Positions 1 to 8,585 of a DNA stretch of 64,000 bases are shown here, piece after piece. Under the pieces are notes generated by a model that had not been told where the DNA came from, ran no database searches, and saw only the letters and a program-made list of their open reading frames with translations. The DNA comes from an uncultured virus (IMG/VR IMGVR_UViG_3300035208_001903) (taxonomy: Duplodnaviria > Heunggongvirae > Uroviricota > Caudoviricetes), in the IMG/VR virus record IMGVR_UViG_3300035208_001903; one strand, 5' to 3'. A program made the position numbers and the translations under genes. Every line of letters begins with the position of its first letter. The stretch's first letter is position 1.

Positions 1-280
1 GGCGTGAAGTGCAACTGATTTTAAATCGCGTATACCATCTTTGGATTTTCTTTCAACTCACGCACGCGCGTGAAGTGCAACATTTCACGGTAATGGATTT
101 CCGCGATTGTCAAGTCTTTCAACTCACGCACGCGCGTGAAGTGCAACTGTAACCTAATTACAAAATGGTATTGCGTAGCAATCTTTCAACTCACGCACGC
201 GCGTGAAGTGCAACAGAGTCCTGGCTACGAGCTTTTGATTATTCTCAACTTTCAACTCACGCACGCGCGTGAAGTGCAAC
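1..280 (-). CRISPR. CRISPR array, 32-bp repeat GTTGCACTTCACGCGCGTGCGTGAGTTGAAAG, truncated at window start
   Basis: Identical repeats at 50-81, 116-147, 183-214 and 249-280, plus a partial variant repeat at 1-15. Unique spacers of 34, 34, 35 and 34 bp. The repeat length and TTGAAA(G) 3' end resemble type I-C repeats. Leader and cas genes lie to the right. Confidence 0.97.
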
Positions 281-467
281 CTACCCCATTCCATCTTATT
301 AATTATCAATGTATTATTATGGGGTTGGCGCGTATGTATCAAGAAATATGACTTAGAAGGATGTTCTTATTTGCAACACACGATATAACATAATGTCAAT
401 GAACAAAATACAATTGGCGCGGACCCTATACACAAACCATGATCACTATAGGTCCGCGCCATAATAT
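281..467 (-). promoter_or_regulatory. CRISPR leader with IHF-consensus site and inverted-repeat motif
   Basis: AT-rich non-coding stretch between cas6 and the first repeat. TATCAATGTATTA (304-316) matches WATCAANNNNTTR. TTGGCGCG occurs at 325-332 and 414-421. Inverted repeat GGCGCGGACC/GGTCCGCGCC at 416-425 and 451-460. Confidence 0.75.
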
Positions 468-995
468 TTAAATAAAAACGTTTAGAAAACCACAACCCAA
501 ATGTTTATATTTGCCCGGAATACCATTGATTAATATCTCTTTGAATCTAGCCGGATCATATATTGTAAAATAACCATTTATAAAGACGGTATATAAAGAC
601 ATTGTTTGTTCTTTTTTTATAAAATTTTTATTACCTTCAAATTGATAATGAAAATTTAGTTCTGATATACCAATGTTGTTAAGTTTAAGTTGTATCCAAT
701 ATTTTAGTTCGTCTATTGGTATTGGTTTATATTTTTTTATTTTATTATCACGGAAGCAACTATTAAGTCTAGTTGAAAATATATGTTGGTCATCTTTAAT
801 ACAGTATTCGTCAATATTAATATGTTTAGATGTTCCTATTTTTTTATTTGGTGGAATATTACTTAGAACTGTAATATTGTTATTATTTGTTTGGAACAGA
901 AATTTTTCTGGTTTTTCAAAGAGATTACGTAGTTTTTGATGGATTATATAATAGTCTCCATTTATTTCTGTTGGTGAAATTTTAGTTAAGTACAT
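468..995 (-). CDS. cas6: CRISPR endoribonuclease Cas6, Cas6e/CasE-like
   Basis: N-terminal MYLTKI..DYYIIHQKLRNLF..FLF and C-terminal G-loop GIPGKYKHLGCGFL parallel E. coli CasE as recalled (MYLSKV..DLYQLHQGLWHLF..FLF; GIGPAKSMGCGLL). Adjacent to the array. Confidence 0.85.
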   Translation of the reverse strand: MYLTKISPTEINGDYYIIHQKLRNLFEKPEKFLFQTNNNNITVLSNIPPNKKIGTSKHINIDEYCIKDDQHIFSTRLNSCFRDNKIKKYKPIPIDELKYWIQLKLNNIGISELNFHYQFEGNKNFIKKEQTMSLYTVFINGYFTIYDPARFKEILINGIPGKYKHLGCGFLNVFI

Positions 996-1879
996 TTTAT
1001 TAGAACTCCTTCGACGACTGGTTTAGATTGTATTTCGATTAAAGGAGACCATTCTTCAATACTTTCAATAGCAACAAAGCCGCCTTCTAGGAATGATGCA
1101 GCTCCAGTACCGTTTGAGAAAAGTTTTAGTTGTTCGTTTGTTACAGGAACATATAGAGATGCGTCAAGTCTTTGAATTTTTTCTACGGATCCGCAAGAAA
1201 GGTAAGAGTTAATTCCGTGATATCCTTGATGTATTGAAATAGCGTCTATATGTTCATTTAAAATAATATTAGATAATGATGTGTGGTGATTTTTTTTAAG
1301 ATTTTTACACAGTTCAATAACGATGGGTTTAGTTTTATGTTTATTAAGGAATTCGATTGCTGTTTGGGCGTGGAATGATTCTTGTACATTATTAACTTTT
1401 GATAGATTTTGTATTGTGGTAATTATTTCTTGGAATAGAGAATTATCGTTTATAATTCTTCTAAGTCTTCGCCAATAGATAAGACCTCCTATAACGCCTA
1501 TATTATGATTATCTAGTATATAGTTTCTTTTGGCTGTTTGTTGTGGAAATTGATTTGATTTATGAGTATATACGACTTCTTCTATATATCCTTTATCATT
1601 ATAAATTGAATGAATATTGGCTCTGGATTTTTTTGCTAATTCTTCGTATAAAGGATCTCCGGTATAGTTACATTTTCTTAAACTGGGTACTGGGCGTTGA
1701 CCGCATAGAACTCTTAAAAGATTGGCTACTTGTTGAACGCCTAAATGACCTATTGGAACTTCGTAGTATGGAAATTTTTTACGTATAGTTTTACCGTTAC
1801 TATCGTATACGCAATCTTTAGACCACATTGGATATTTCCATAGTCCTGCATTTTTAATGGATATACATAATGCTTTCAT
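986..1879 (-). CDS. cas5: Cas5-like RAMP subunit, probably Cas5fv (type I-F2) family
   Basis: Lies between cas7 and cas6. N-terminal beta strand followed by a VANLLRVLCG helix, C-terminal NGTGAASFLEGGFVAI glycine loop, and a large helical insert, as in Cas5fv. Confidence 0.65.
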   Translation of the reverse strand: MKALCISIKNAGLWKYPMWSKDCVYDSNGKTIRKKFPYYEVPIGHLGVQQVANLLRVLCGQRPVPSLRKCNYTGDPLYEELAKKSRANIHSIYNDKGYIEEVVYTHKSNQFPQQTAKRNYILDNHNIGVIGGLIYWRRLRRIINDNSLFQEIITTIQNLSKVNNVQESFHAQTAIEFLNKHKTKPIVIELCKNLKKNHHTSLSNIILNEHIDAISIHQGYHGINSYLSCGSVEKIQRLDASLYVPVTNEQLKLFSNGTGAASFLEGGFVAIESIEEWSPLIEIQSKPVVEGVLIKCT

Positions 1880-3004
1880 TTATTGCTCACTTTTTTTATT
1901 TTTCTTGGCTTCCTTAGCTTCTTTAGCTTTGATTTTTTCTTCAGCTTTAATTTGTTTATCTTCCGCATCTTTATTTTTTGTTGCAATATAAGCGTTATCA
2001 ATATCGTTATTTAAAGCAATAGCTTCTTCTTCCGGTATTTCCTTATAAAAGACTTCAATATCAGAAGCTTTTAGTTTAATATCGTCTACAGATTTAATAG
2101 GGTAATATCCAACTTCTTCGTATGGCTTATCAATTATAGGATCTGTTATATGTTTAATTTTAATATCTGTTATATAAGCAAATCCACCTCCACCGCGACC
2201 AATATTTAAACCAAGTAAACGTCTGAAACAATCCTTTATAAGCATCAAACATTGATCCTGGCTTAATAAAATGCCTTCTTCTGATAGTTCGCTTTTAGCG
2301 GTTTTATAAATATAATGCCCTATATTACTTGTAGGAAGATCTGTAGTTCTATTAACTCCTTCAATATAAAGTTTAGCATCATCTGGATTAACAGCCATAC
2401 GATTATACCTTTGTGAGCAGCATATAAATTGTAAAAGATTTAAATCAATAGAACCGGAAAGTGTATATACAACATCTCCTATACATTCTTTATAAACCAT
2501 ATTTGTTCCACTTATATCGTCTTTGTTTTCTTTTTGGCGTTTTGGTGATAATTGAGTAACAAGATCAAATGTTGGAATAGTGTCATTAGTTTGTACAGCG
2601 TCTGTTATATTCAAAGGCCCCTTTCTATGTACACTTCCGCTTCCACAAACTTTATTTTCAAACATATATCCACGAATCAATCCACAAGCAGATGATAATA
2701 ATTTAATAAAAGCTTTTGGAGCTGCCATAATTAAAGTATCGTGAACCGGTTGATCTTCTTCAAAAAGTGCATGTTTAATACAATCACTAGAAATTTTTAT
2801 TTTTATTTCATATTCAGGTTTACCATCTTTTTCACCAATCTTTTTAATATAGTGTTTAGCCATCTTAACATTACTATGGCTTAAAATTTCCCTATAATTT
2901 TTAAACCATTCTTTAGCTGCCCATAGAGAGTCTTTACCATCATAATTAACAATACCAGTTCCTTTTAAAGTTGCATTAAACCAAATAGACCTTACGCCAC
3001 TCAT
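1880..3004 (-). CDS. cas7: Cas7 backbone protein, Cas7fv (type I-F2/I-Fv) family
   Basis: Motifs GTGIVNYDG, ISSDCIKHALF, GLIRGYM, GSIDLNLLQFI and EEGILL line up with Shewanella Cas7fv as recalled (GHGVVNWNG, ISQNCIRHHLF, GLIRGYV, GSISIEQLQFI, ECGILL). Has an extra Lys/Glu-rich C-terminal tail. Confidence 0.85.
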   Translation of the reverse strand: MSGVRSIWFNATLKGTGIVNYDGKDSLWAAKEWFKNYREILSHSNVKMAKHYIKKIGEKDGKPEYEIKIKISSDCIKHALFEEDQPVHDTLIMAAPKAFIKLLSSACGLIRGYMFENKVCGSGSVHRKGPLNITDAVQTNDTIPTFDLVTQLSPKRQKENKDDISGTNMVYKECIGDVVYTLSGSIDLNLLQFICCSQRYNRMAVNPDDAKLYIEGVNRTTDLPTSNIGHYIYKTAKSELSEEGILLSQDQCLMLIKDCFRRLLGLNIGRGGGGFAYITDIKIKHITDPIIDKPYEEVGYYPIKSVDDIKLKASDIEVFYKEIPEEEAIALNNDIDNAYIATKNKDAEDKQIKAEEKIKAKEAKEAKKNKKSEQ

Positions 3005-3025
3005 AGTAACTCCTTCTGTTAAATT

Positions 3026-5389
3026 TTAATAAACTTTACGTAATCCTAGGTTCGGATCATAAATTCGACTAATATCAGGTAATGGTGTTTCTGCATATCG
3101 AGATAACTTAAACCAATCTTGTAAGTTATTTGGTATTCCTTTCTTTTTATAATTACTAATATCATAACCACTGTTTTCTAATTCTTCTAATATTCTTTTT
3201 ATATAACTGGGATTAATTAATTTTCCGTTTAAGTCTCCGTCTGTTAAATAAGTTTCTCGTAGTTCTGGTCCGTCTGTCATAATATCTTCTGGTTTTAGCC
3301 ATTCGTTGGATCCTTTAATTGAAACAGTAAAATAATAAGCTGGTAAAGGATTTCTTAATGATTTCCCTAGTTTTTGTTTTTTATCTGTTTTAGCAGTAAT
3401 ATTATCATTATAAAAATCATCAATCATTTTATAAGGACGAAAAGAAACCAATCCTATATCAATATTGTTAGTTGGATAAACTAATCCTTTTTGATATTGG
3501 TCTCTTAAGTATTCTGTTATCTTTTTTTGAATATTTTCGTCATTATAAAAAGTATTATACACTTTATATAATTCATTAATTGTATATTGTTTTTTTATAT
3601 TAATTTTTTTATAAAGATAATCCACCCACATAGCTCTTAGTTTATATGAATAAATACAATTAACTGCGCCCATCTCCGATTTGTTATTTTTCAGTTCTAA
3701 ATTAACTAAGTTAATATATGCATCTTCTATTGTTCCCCATCTATTAACGCGACCTATACGTTGAAATGTAGATTCCGGTGAACAAATAGAATCATATAAA
3801 ACTTTAAATGATAAATCCATAGAAGCTTGTATGACAGGAGCAGACGAAAGATTTTCTTTGTTTTGAATACCTGTTCCTTCAATATTATTATTATCACGAC
3901 CAAATTTTTGAAATATCGCGTCCATTCTTTCTTTTCTATCTTTATTTGTAAAACGATGATGTATTAAATGAGTGTAATTTTTTAAACTATATTCATCTTG
4001 AGCATTAGAAATAGAATTGTGTATTACTACTGAACCTTCTATTGATCGATTAGGCATTTCATTAATAATGTTAATGTTATAATTTTTATTATGAGCTGCT
4101 TCATAATGATCATTTTTGTTTGGTAATACTACAGTTTCTTTTTCACCATCCCACATTTTATTTAAATTCATAGGAGTGGCAGATAATAATAAAGTATAAC
4201 TATTTGTAGTTAAACGATGTCTTGCACGCATAAAAGTAATAAAAGCAGCATATAGAGGACTATCTTGAACAAACTCATGATATTCATCCATAACAATATC
4301 TGCACCCATAATAAAAAATAATCTATCACTTATTTGATTTTTTATCATCGGACTAATTAAATTATCTAAATTAGTAATAACAATATCAGAAGAAAACCCT
4401 GGCTTTTCATCATCAAAGTTCTTTTCTTTACGTTCGCCTGTTAAATACAACTCAATGTTACATTTAATTCCTAAATTTTTAATTTCTTTATTAATTATAT
4501 TATAAACAGATATAGATACTTCATTTCTAGGACATACCCATATTAATTTACGTTTACGTTTAATATTCCAAAGTAATCCTACAATACTTTTACCAAAACC
4601 AGCAGGTGCTTTTATTATTGTGGTTTGTGAATTTTTTAATGTTTCTACAACTTCATTTTGTAAATTAAATCTTTTTGATTCATAATTTTTAGGACATATT
4701 GGAACACCAGAAATATCACTTAATAATTTTGATTCAATCAACTCATTATGATTTAAATTACCATTTAATATATTTTTTATATCTTCAATTTTTAATCCAC
4801 TAACATATCTATCAGCCGACAAAACACATGTTCTAATAACTAATCTTTCGGCATTATCATTTTTATTGCCGATAATACCAGCATCTTCAATAAAAAGATT
4901 AGGAATATTAGAAGTATAATAAGCACTATTTGATAAATTATTAATAATATTATTTTCAATATAATCCCAAATAGTATTTAAACTACCAATTTCTTCAGTA
5001 GATAATCTTTCAATTATATCATCACGATTATATGTACGTAATTTTTTGCGTTGTATTATACGTATAGGACAAGCGTGTGTCCAATATATAGCTGATAATA
5101 TGTTTATATCATTTAATTTATTAGCAGTATAAGCCCACGATATTTCATGATGCATAGGAAATTCTTTGGAATACTTTTCTTTAGAACCACGATAATACTT
5201 TTGATAATATTCAACAGCTTTTCCAATATCGTGTAATAATCCCGCTTTATATGCACAATCAGCCAATATATCATTTAGTCCAATACTTTTTGCCATTGTT
5301 TTAGAAATTATTGCAACGGCTTTTAAATGATCAATCAATTTCATATCAGGATCTGTTTTAGCTAACAGACACAAAACATCATTAGACAT
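3026..5389 (-). CDS. cas3: CRISPR-associated nuclease-helicase Cas3 (HD + SF2), compact 787 aa, no Cas2 fusion
   Basis: HD domain: DHLKAV, LLHDIGK, HHEIS, SADR. Helicase motifs: APAGFGKS, DEYH, LLSATP, QRIGRVNR. Confidence 0.95.
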   Translation of the reverse strand: MSNDVLCLLAKTDPDMKLIDHLKAVAIISKTMAKSIGLNDILADCAYKAGLLHDIGKAVEYYQKYYRGSKEKYSKEFPMHHEISWAYTANKLNDINILSAIYWTHACPIRIIQRKKLRTYNRDDIIERLSTEEIGSLNTIWDYIENNIINNLSNSAYYTSNIPNLFIEDAGIIGNKNDNAERLVIRTCVLSADRYVSGLKIEDIKNILNGNLNHNELIESKLLSDISGVPICPKNYESKRFNLQNEVVETLKNSQTTIIKAPAGFGKSIVGLLWNIKRKRKLIWVCPRNEVSISVYNIINKEIKNLGIKCNIELYLTGERKEKNFDDEKPGFSSDIVITNLDNLISPMIKNQISDRLFFIMGADIVMDEYHEFVQDSPLYAAFITFMRARHRLTTNSYTLLLSATPMNLNKMWDGEKETVVLPNKNDHYEAAHNKNYNINIINEMPNRSIEGSVVIHNSISNAQDEYSLKNYTHLIHHRFTNKDRKERMDAIFQKFGRDNNNIEGTGIQNKENLSSAPVIQASMDLSFKVLYDSICSPESTFQRIGRVNRWGTIEDAYINLVNLELKNNKSEMGAVNCIYSYKLRAMWVDYLYKKINIKKQYTINELYKVYNTFYNDENIQKKITEYLRDQYQKGLVYPTNNIDIGLVSFRPYKMIDDFYNDNITAKTDKKQKLGKSLRNPLPAYYFTVSIKGSNEWLKPEDIMTDGPELRETYLTDGDLNGKLINPSYIKRILEELENSGYDISNYKKKGIPNNLQDWFKLSRYAETPLPDISRIYDPNLGLRKVY

Positions 5390-5415
5390 ACTGTAGCCTT
5401 TCTATTAAAGTTTAG

Positions 5416-5488
5416 TAGGCCTGGAGAGATTTAAACTCTCGACTCTCACCTTAAAAGGGTGATACTCTATCAACTGAGTTACAGGCCT
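5416..5488 (-). tRNA. tRNA-Lys(UUU), atypical A19/U56
   Basis: Cloverleaf: acceptor AGGCCTG/CAGGCCT, D stem ACTC/GAGT, anticodon arm TCACC-CTTTTAA-GGTGA, T arm GAGAG-TTTAAAT-CTCTC. Followed by CTA rather than CCA. Confidence 0.88.
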
Positions 5489-5493
5489 ATATT

Positions 5494-5850
5494 TTACTTA
5501 TAGTATTTTTTGAAGAACAGTTCGTTACCGTTATCAGGAATAGGATATTTTTTTAAATACGATTTTGTTGGAGTTATAAAATTAAAAACCATTAAATCAT
5601 AACTTGGTAATTCATTATTAAACCAGTTTAAACGTTCTCTAAAATATTCTTCTTTGTTTTTAATTTGACTCATTTGTTCATAAGATAAAGTATAATAATT
5701 TTTTATTCTTTGTTCATCTAATTCCTTTATTGTATCAAGAACTTTCGTTCTAAATTCATAGACCGAATGATTTCTAAAATATAAGATCAACAGCAAAACA
5801 TATAGAAATAACGATATATAAAGTATGGTCTCCATCATCAATCCTTTCAA
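5494..5850 (-). CDS. hypothetical protein with N-terminal membrane anchor
   Basis: ORF in the operon with a hydrophobic N-terminus. Confidence 0.6.
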   Translation of the reverse strand: MKGLMMETILYISLFLYVLLLILYFRNHSVYEFRTKVLDTIKELDEQRIKNYYTLSYEQMSQIKNKEEYFRERLNWFNNELPSYDLMVFNFITPTKSYLKKYPIPDNGNELFFKKYYK

Positions 5851-6386
5851 TTAATGTTGTATTGGTAGACTACAGATCCTTTAGGTACGTGTAAATAGTT
5901 TTCATAAAGCCAAGGTTTATTTTTTCCAATATAGAACCATTTATATAATGCAGTTGTTTTATCATATATAACATATCTACGCTCTATATTAGCATTTGAG
6001 CTATCAACATCCTCAATAATCCAAGTATCAGAAGCATTTAAAATAACTTGTTTTATCATTCCGTCAACTTGCTTATAACATACATATTGTTCAACATTAT
6101 TAATACTACCACTTCCCCAAACAAAAACACCATTAATTCCACTATTACTTCTAACTGAAACTATTGGGATAGTATCTGAAGAATCATATATAGCCAACAT
6201 ACTATTTCTTATAGGCATACACGGCATTAAAAAAATACAACACGCTAATCCTGTCATTATAGGTAATCCTATAATTAATGTAATTTCGTCAGTAATATTC
6301 TTAGATGCAATAGTAACAAAATCTTTAAATATAATAATTGCATTTAAAGCCAACCATATACCTAACAAAATCAATCCATAAATCAT
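5847..6386 (-). CDS. hypothetical membrane protein
   Basis: Two N-terminal hydrophobic segments; GAAAGG RBS upstream. Confidence 0.65.
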   Translation of the reverse strand: MIYGLILLGIWLALNAIIIFKDFVTIASKNITDEITLIIGLPIMTGLACCIFLMPCMPIRNSMLAIYDSSDTIPIVSVRSNSGINGVFVWGSGSINNVEQYVCYKQVDGMIKQVILNASDTWIIEDVDSSNANIERRYVIYDKTTALYKWFYIGKNKPWLYENYLHVPKGSVVYQYNIN

Positions 6387-6400
6387 ATAAATCCTTTCGT

Positions 6401-6982
6401 TTATATGTTTAATTCATTTATATTAAATTTAGCATATCCCTTTTTAACATAATCTTCAATAGAATCTAAAAACTCAAAATCCTCATGATATATTCTAGCC
6501 AAACTAGTATATCCTGTTTCAATTCTAGACTTAAACTTCTTATCACTTAATGCACCAGAAGCAACATCACCAACAGTTAAATTATCATCACTATAAACAA
6601 AATCTTCACCTTTAATGTTCAATATACTTACTGTAAAGTTCTTATTAAAAATCTTACGTTTAAATCCTTCAATGATAGCTTTTTCAACTCTATCTATTGT
6701 TGGTTGTTTAAAATCATATACCTGAATTTTTACTGTATAATACTTTAATATATTACGTATACGAATCCATCCATCCTTAATTAACTTAGTCATTATTTCG
6801 TCTCTAGCATTACCTTCGTCGCCAAGTTGTTCTTTATGTTTCTTATGTACTTTTTGGATATATTCAGAACTAAGACCAAATTTATCAGGGTTATTAACAA
6901 TGAGGTCAATATGCGTTAAACTGATAGGTATAAACTTATTATCAGGTGAAATCCAATAAGACGAAGTTATATTTGTTTTCAT
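6401..6982 (-). CDS. hypothetical phage protein (YWISP..H..GWIRIR type)
   Basis: 193-aa ORF with GGAGG RBS, directly downstream of a consensus promoter. Confidence 0.65.
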   Translation of the reverse strand: MKTNITSSYWISPDNKFIPISLTHIDLIVNNPDKFGLSSEYIQKVHKKHKEQLGDEGNARDEIMTKLIKDGWIRIRNILKYYTVKIQVYDFKQPTIDRVEKAIIEGFKRKIFNKNFTVSILNIKGEDFVYSDDNLTVGDVASGALSDKKFKSRIETGYTSLARIYHEDFEFLDSIEDYVKKGYAKFNINELNI

Positions 6983-6996
6983 AAATCCTCCAGAAG

Positions 6997-7025
6997 AATA
7001 TACATTAAAACAACGAGTTTGTCAA
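6997..7025 (-). promoter_or_regulatory. sigma70-type promoter, possibly driving the tRNA-Lys/cas region
   Basis: TTGACA (7020-7025), 17-nt spacer, TATATT (6997-7002) on the minus strand. Confidence 0.75.
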
Positions 7026-7035
7026 TATTATTTAT

Positions 7036-7566
7036 TTAACTTATAAGACCATTTAGATGAAACATATCATTTATTTGTATTAAAGCCTCAGCATTACCTT
7101 TAGCATCATCAACCGGATTATGTGTATGAGAAGTTTGCCTTAATTTTTTCCAAGCACTTCCTTTATATAAATTTTTAACTAAACCAGAATAGATATCGCC
7201 AATACGTCTACCAGAAAAACCAAATGGATTTTGACCTAAGAAGTAATGGAAATAATAATTAATAAACTGCCAATCATAAGCTAAATTATCAGAATAAAAT
7301 ATCATACGATTACCATCATTATTACTATTTAAAAAACTATTGAACTCAATCATAACTTTTTTTGGATCATTAAATAACTCGTGTTGTTCTCTAGTTATCT
7401 TACTAACAGCTAATGCTAAAGGAACCCATTCACTTGATATAGGTTTAACTTCACCATAGAAAGTAGTTTTAAGTTCTCTATCAACCTTTACAACACCAAA
7501 ACATACCATTGAATATTTACCGGGAATAGGACCGTCAGATTCAACATCAATCACAAAGGAACTCAT
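7036..7566 (-). CDS. DEDDh 3'-5' exo(ribo)nuclease
   Basis: Motifs VIDVESDGP, DWQF and HTHNPVDDA. Start moved to MSSFVID because of the GAGGAG RBS. Confidence 0.85.
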   Translation of the reverse strand: MSSFVIDVESDGPIPGKYSMVCFGVVKVDRELKTTFYGEVKPISSEWVPLALAVSKITREQHELFNDPKKVMIEFNSFLNSNNDGNRMIFYSDNLAYDWQFINYYFHYFLGQNPFGFSGRRIGDIYSGLVKNLYKGSAWKKLRQTSHTHNPVDDAKGNAEALIQINDMFHLNGLIS

Positions 7567-8582
7567 TGAAATACTCCTCATCAAATAAAAGTCTAATATC
7601 AATATCTGAAAATTTATCTACTAATTTATAATAAGTAGTATAACCTAATCCTTCTAGTTTCATTTGATTAACTAATGCATTTTTAATATGAGAACGAAGT
7701 TGTATTTTCACTTTCTCTTTTATAAAATGAATATGACCTACTTTAGCTTCATCTGGTTTTAATAAATTCATTAAGTGTCTCGTTTATTTCATTTCTTATT
7801 GTTATATTAAAAAATATACGATTTCTTCTAAGTTTACCTTGTAATATTTCTAACTTTTTATAATTATTACAAAACATTTTATAGAGATCTTTTTCAATGC
7901 AATTCCAATAATTCATTCTCATTATATCCTTAAAGTGACGTATAATGCCACCTTCATTACTTATTTCTTTTAGTTTCATCTTTATTAAAATTTCCCTCTA
8001 ATGAAGTTATTACTCGACCAAAAATTAAATTATTTTTCTCAATTTTATCTTTCATTAATTTTATACTTTCGTTATTCATAATACGAAAAAGTATAAAAAA
8101 ACTAAATGGAAATATTTTTATTTGTCCAATTTGAAGTATAAAATCAGCTTCATCGAGACATTTTTTTAGTTTCATATTCTAATTGATGAGCAATAAGGTT
8201 TTGAATGACTTTCATTGTTACAGTTAAAGTAATTGATTCATCTAATAAAGCAATTCCTATATAAGAATTCCATATATGTTTTGTAAATTCATCCCATAAA
8301 CAACTTCTAATATTAGAATGAATAATTTTAGAAACACTATATTTACTATCAATTTTATTTAGTTTCATTAACTTGCTCCATAATTTTAGAATTGAGTTGG
8401 CCTTTAATTTCCTGCCAACCTATATCCCAAACCAGTGAAGTAATTTTAGACCAAATTTGATAATGAATTTGAATCACAGCTAGATCTATTAATTGCACCC
8501 AAACTAAAGAAATAATTGGCTCATTATTTTTTAATTTATTTAATTTCATTATAGGTTCATTACAAAGGTCAATTAGTTTCAT
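7547..8582 (-). repeat. tandem cluster of 5 small MKL-family genes (7547, 7749, 7957, 8150, 8355)
   Basis: 72-76 aa ORFs, each starting M(K/N)L and overlapping the previous ORF's ..NET/NEF end. Confidence 0.75.
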
Positions 8583-8585
8583 TAA

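Noticed and set aside
82..115. Spacer contains TTGTCAAG, the reverse of the -35 box of the repeated early promoters (possible self-targeting)
   Set aside because: Only about 8-10 nt match; I saw no full protospacer for any spacer in this window.
136..351. ORFs 136-351 (+) and 154-342 (-)
   Set aside because: They are translations of CRISPR repeats, spacers and leader.
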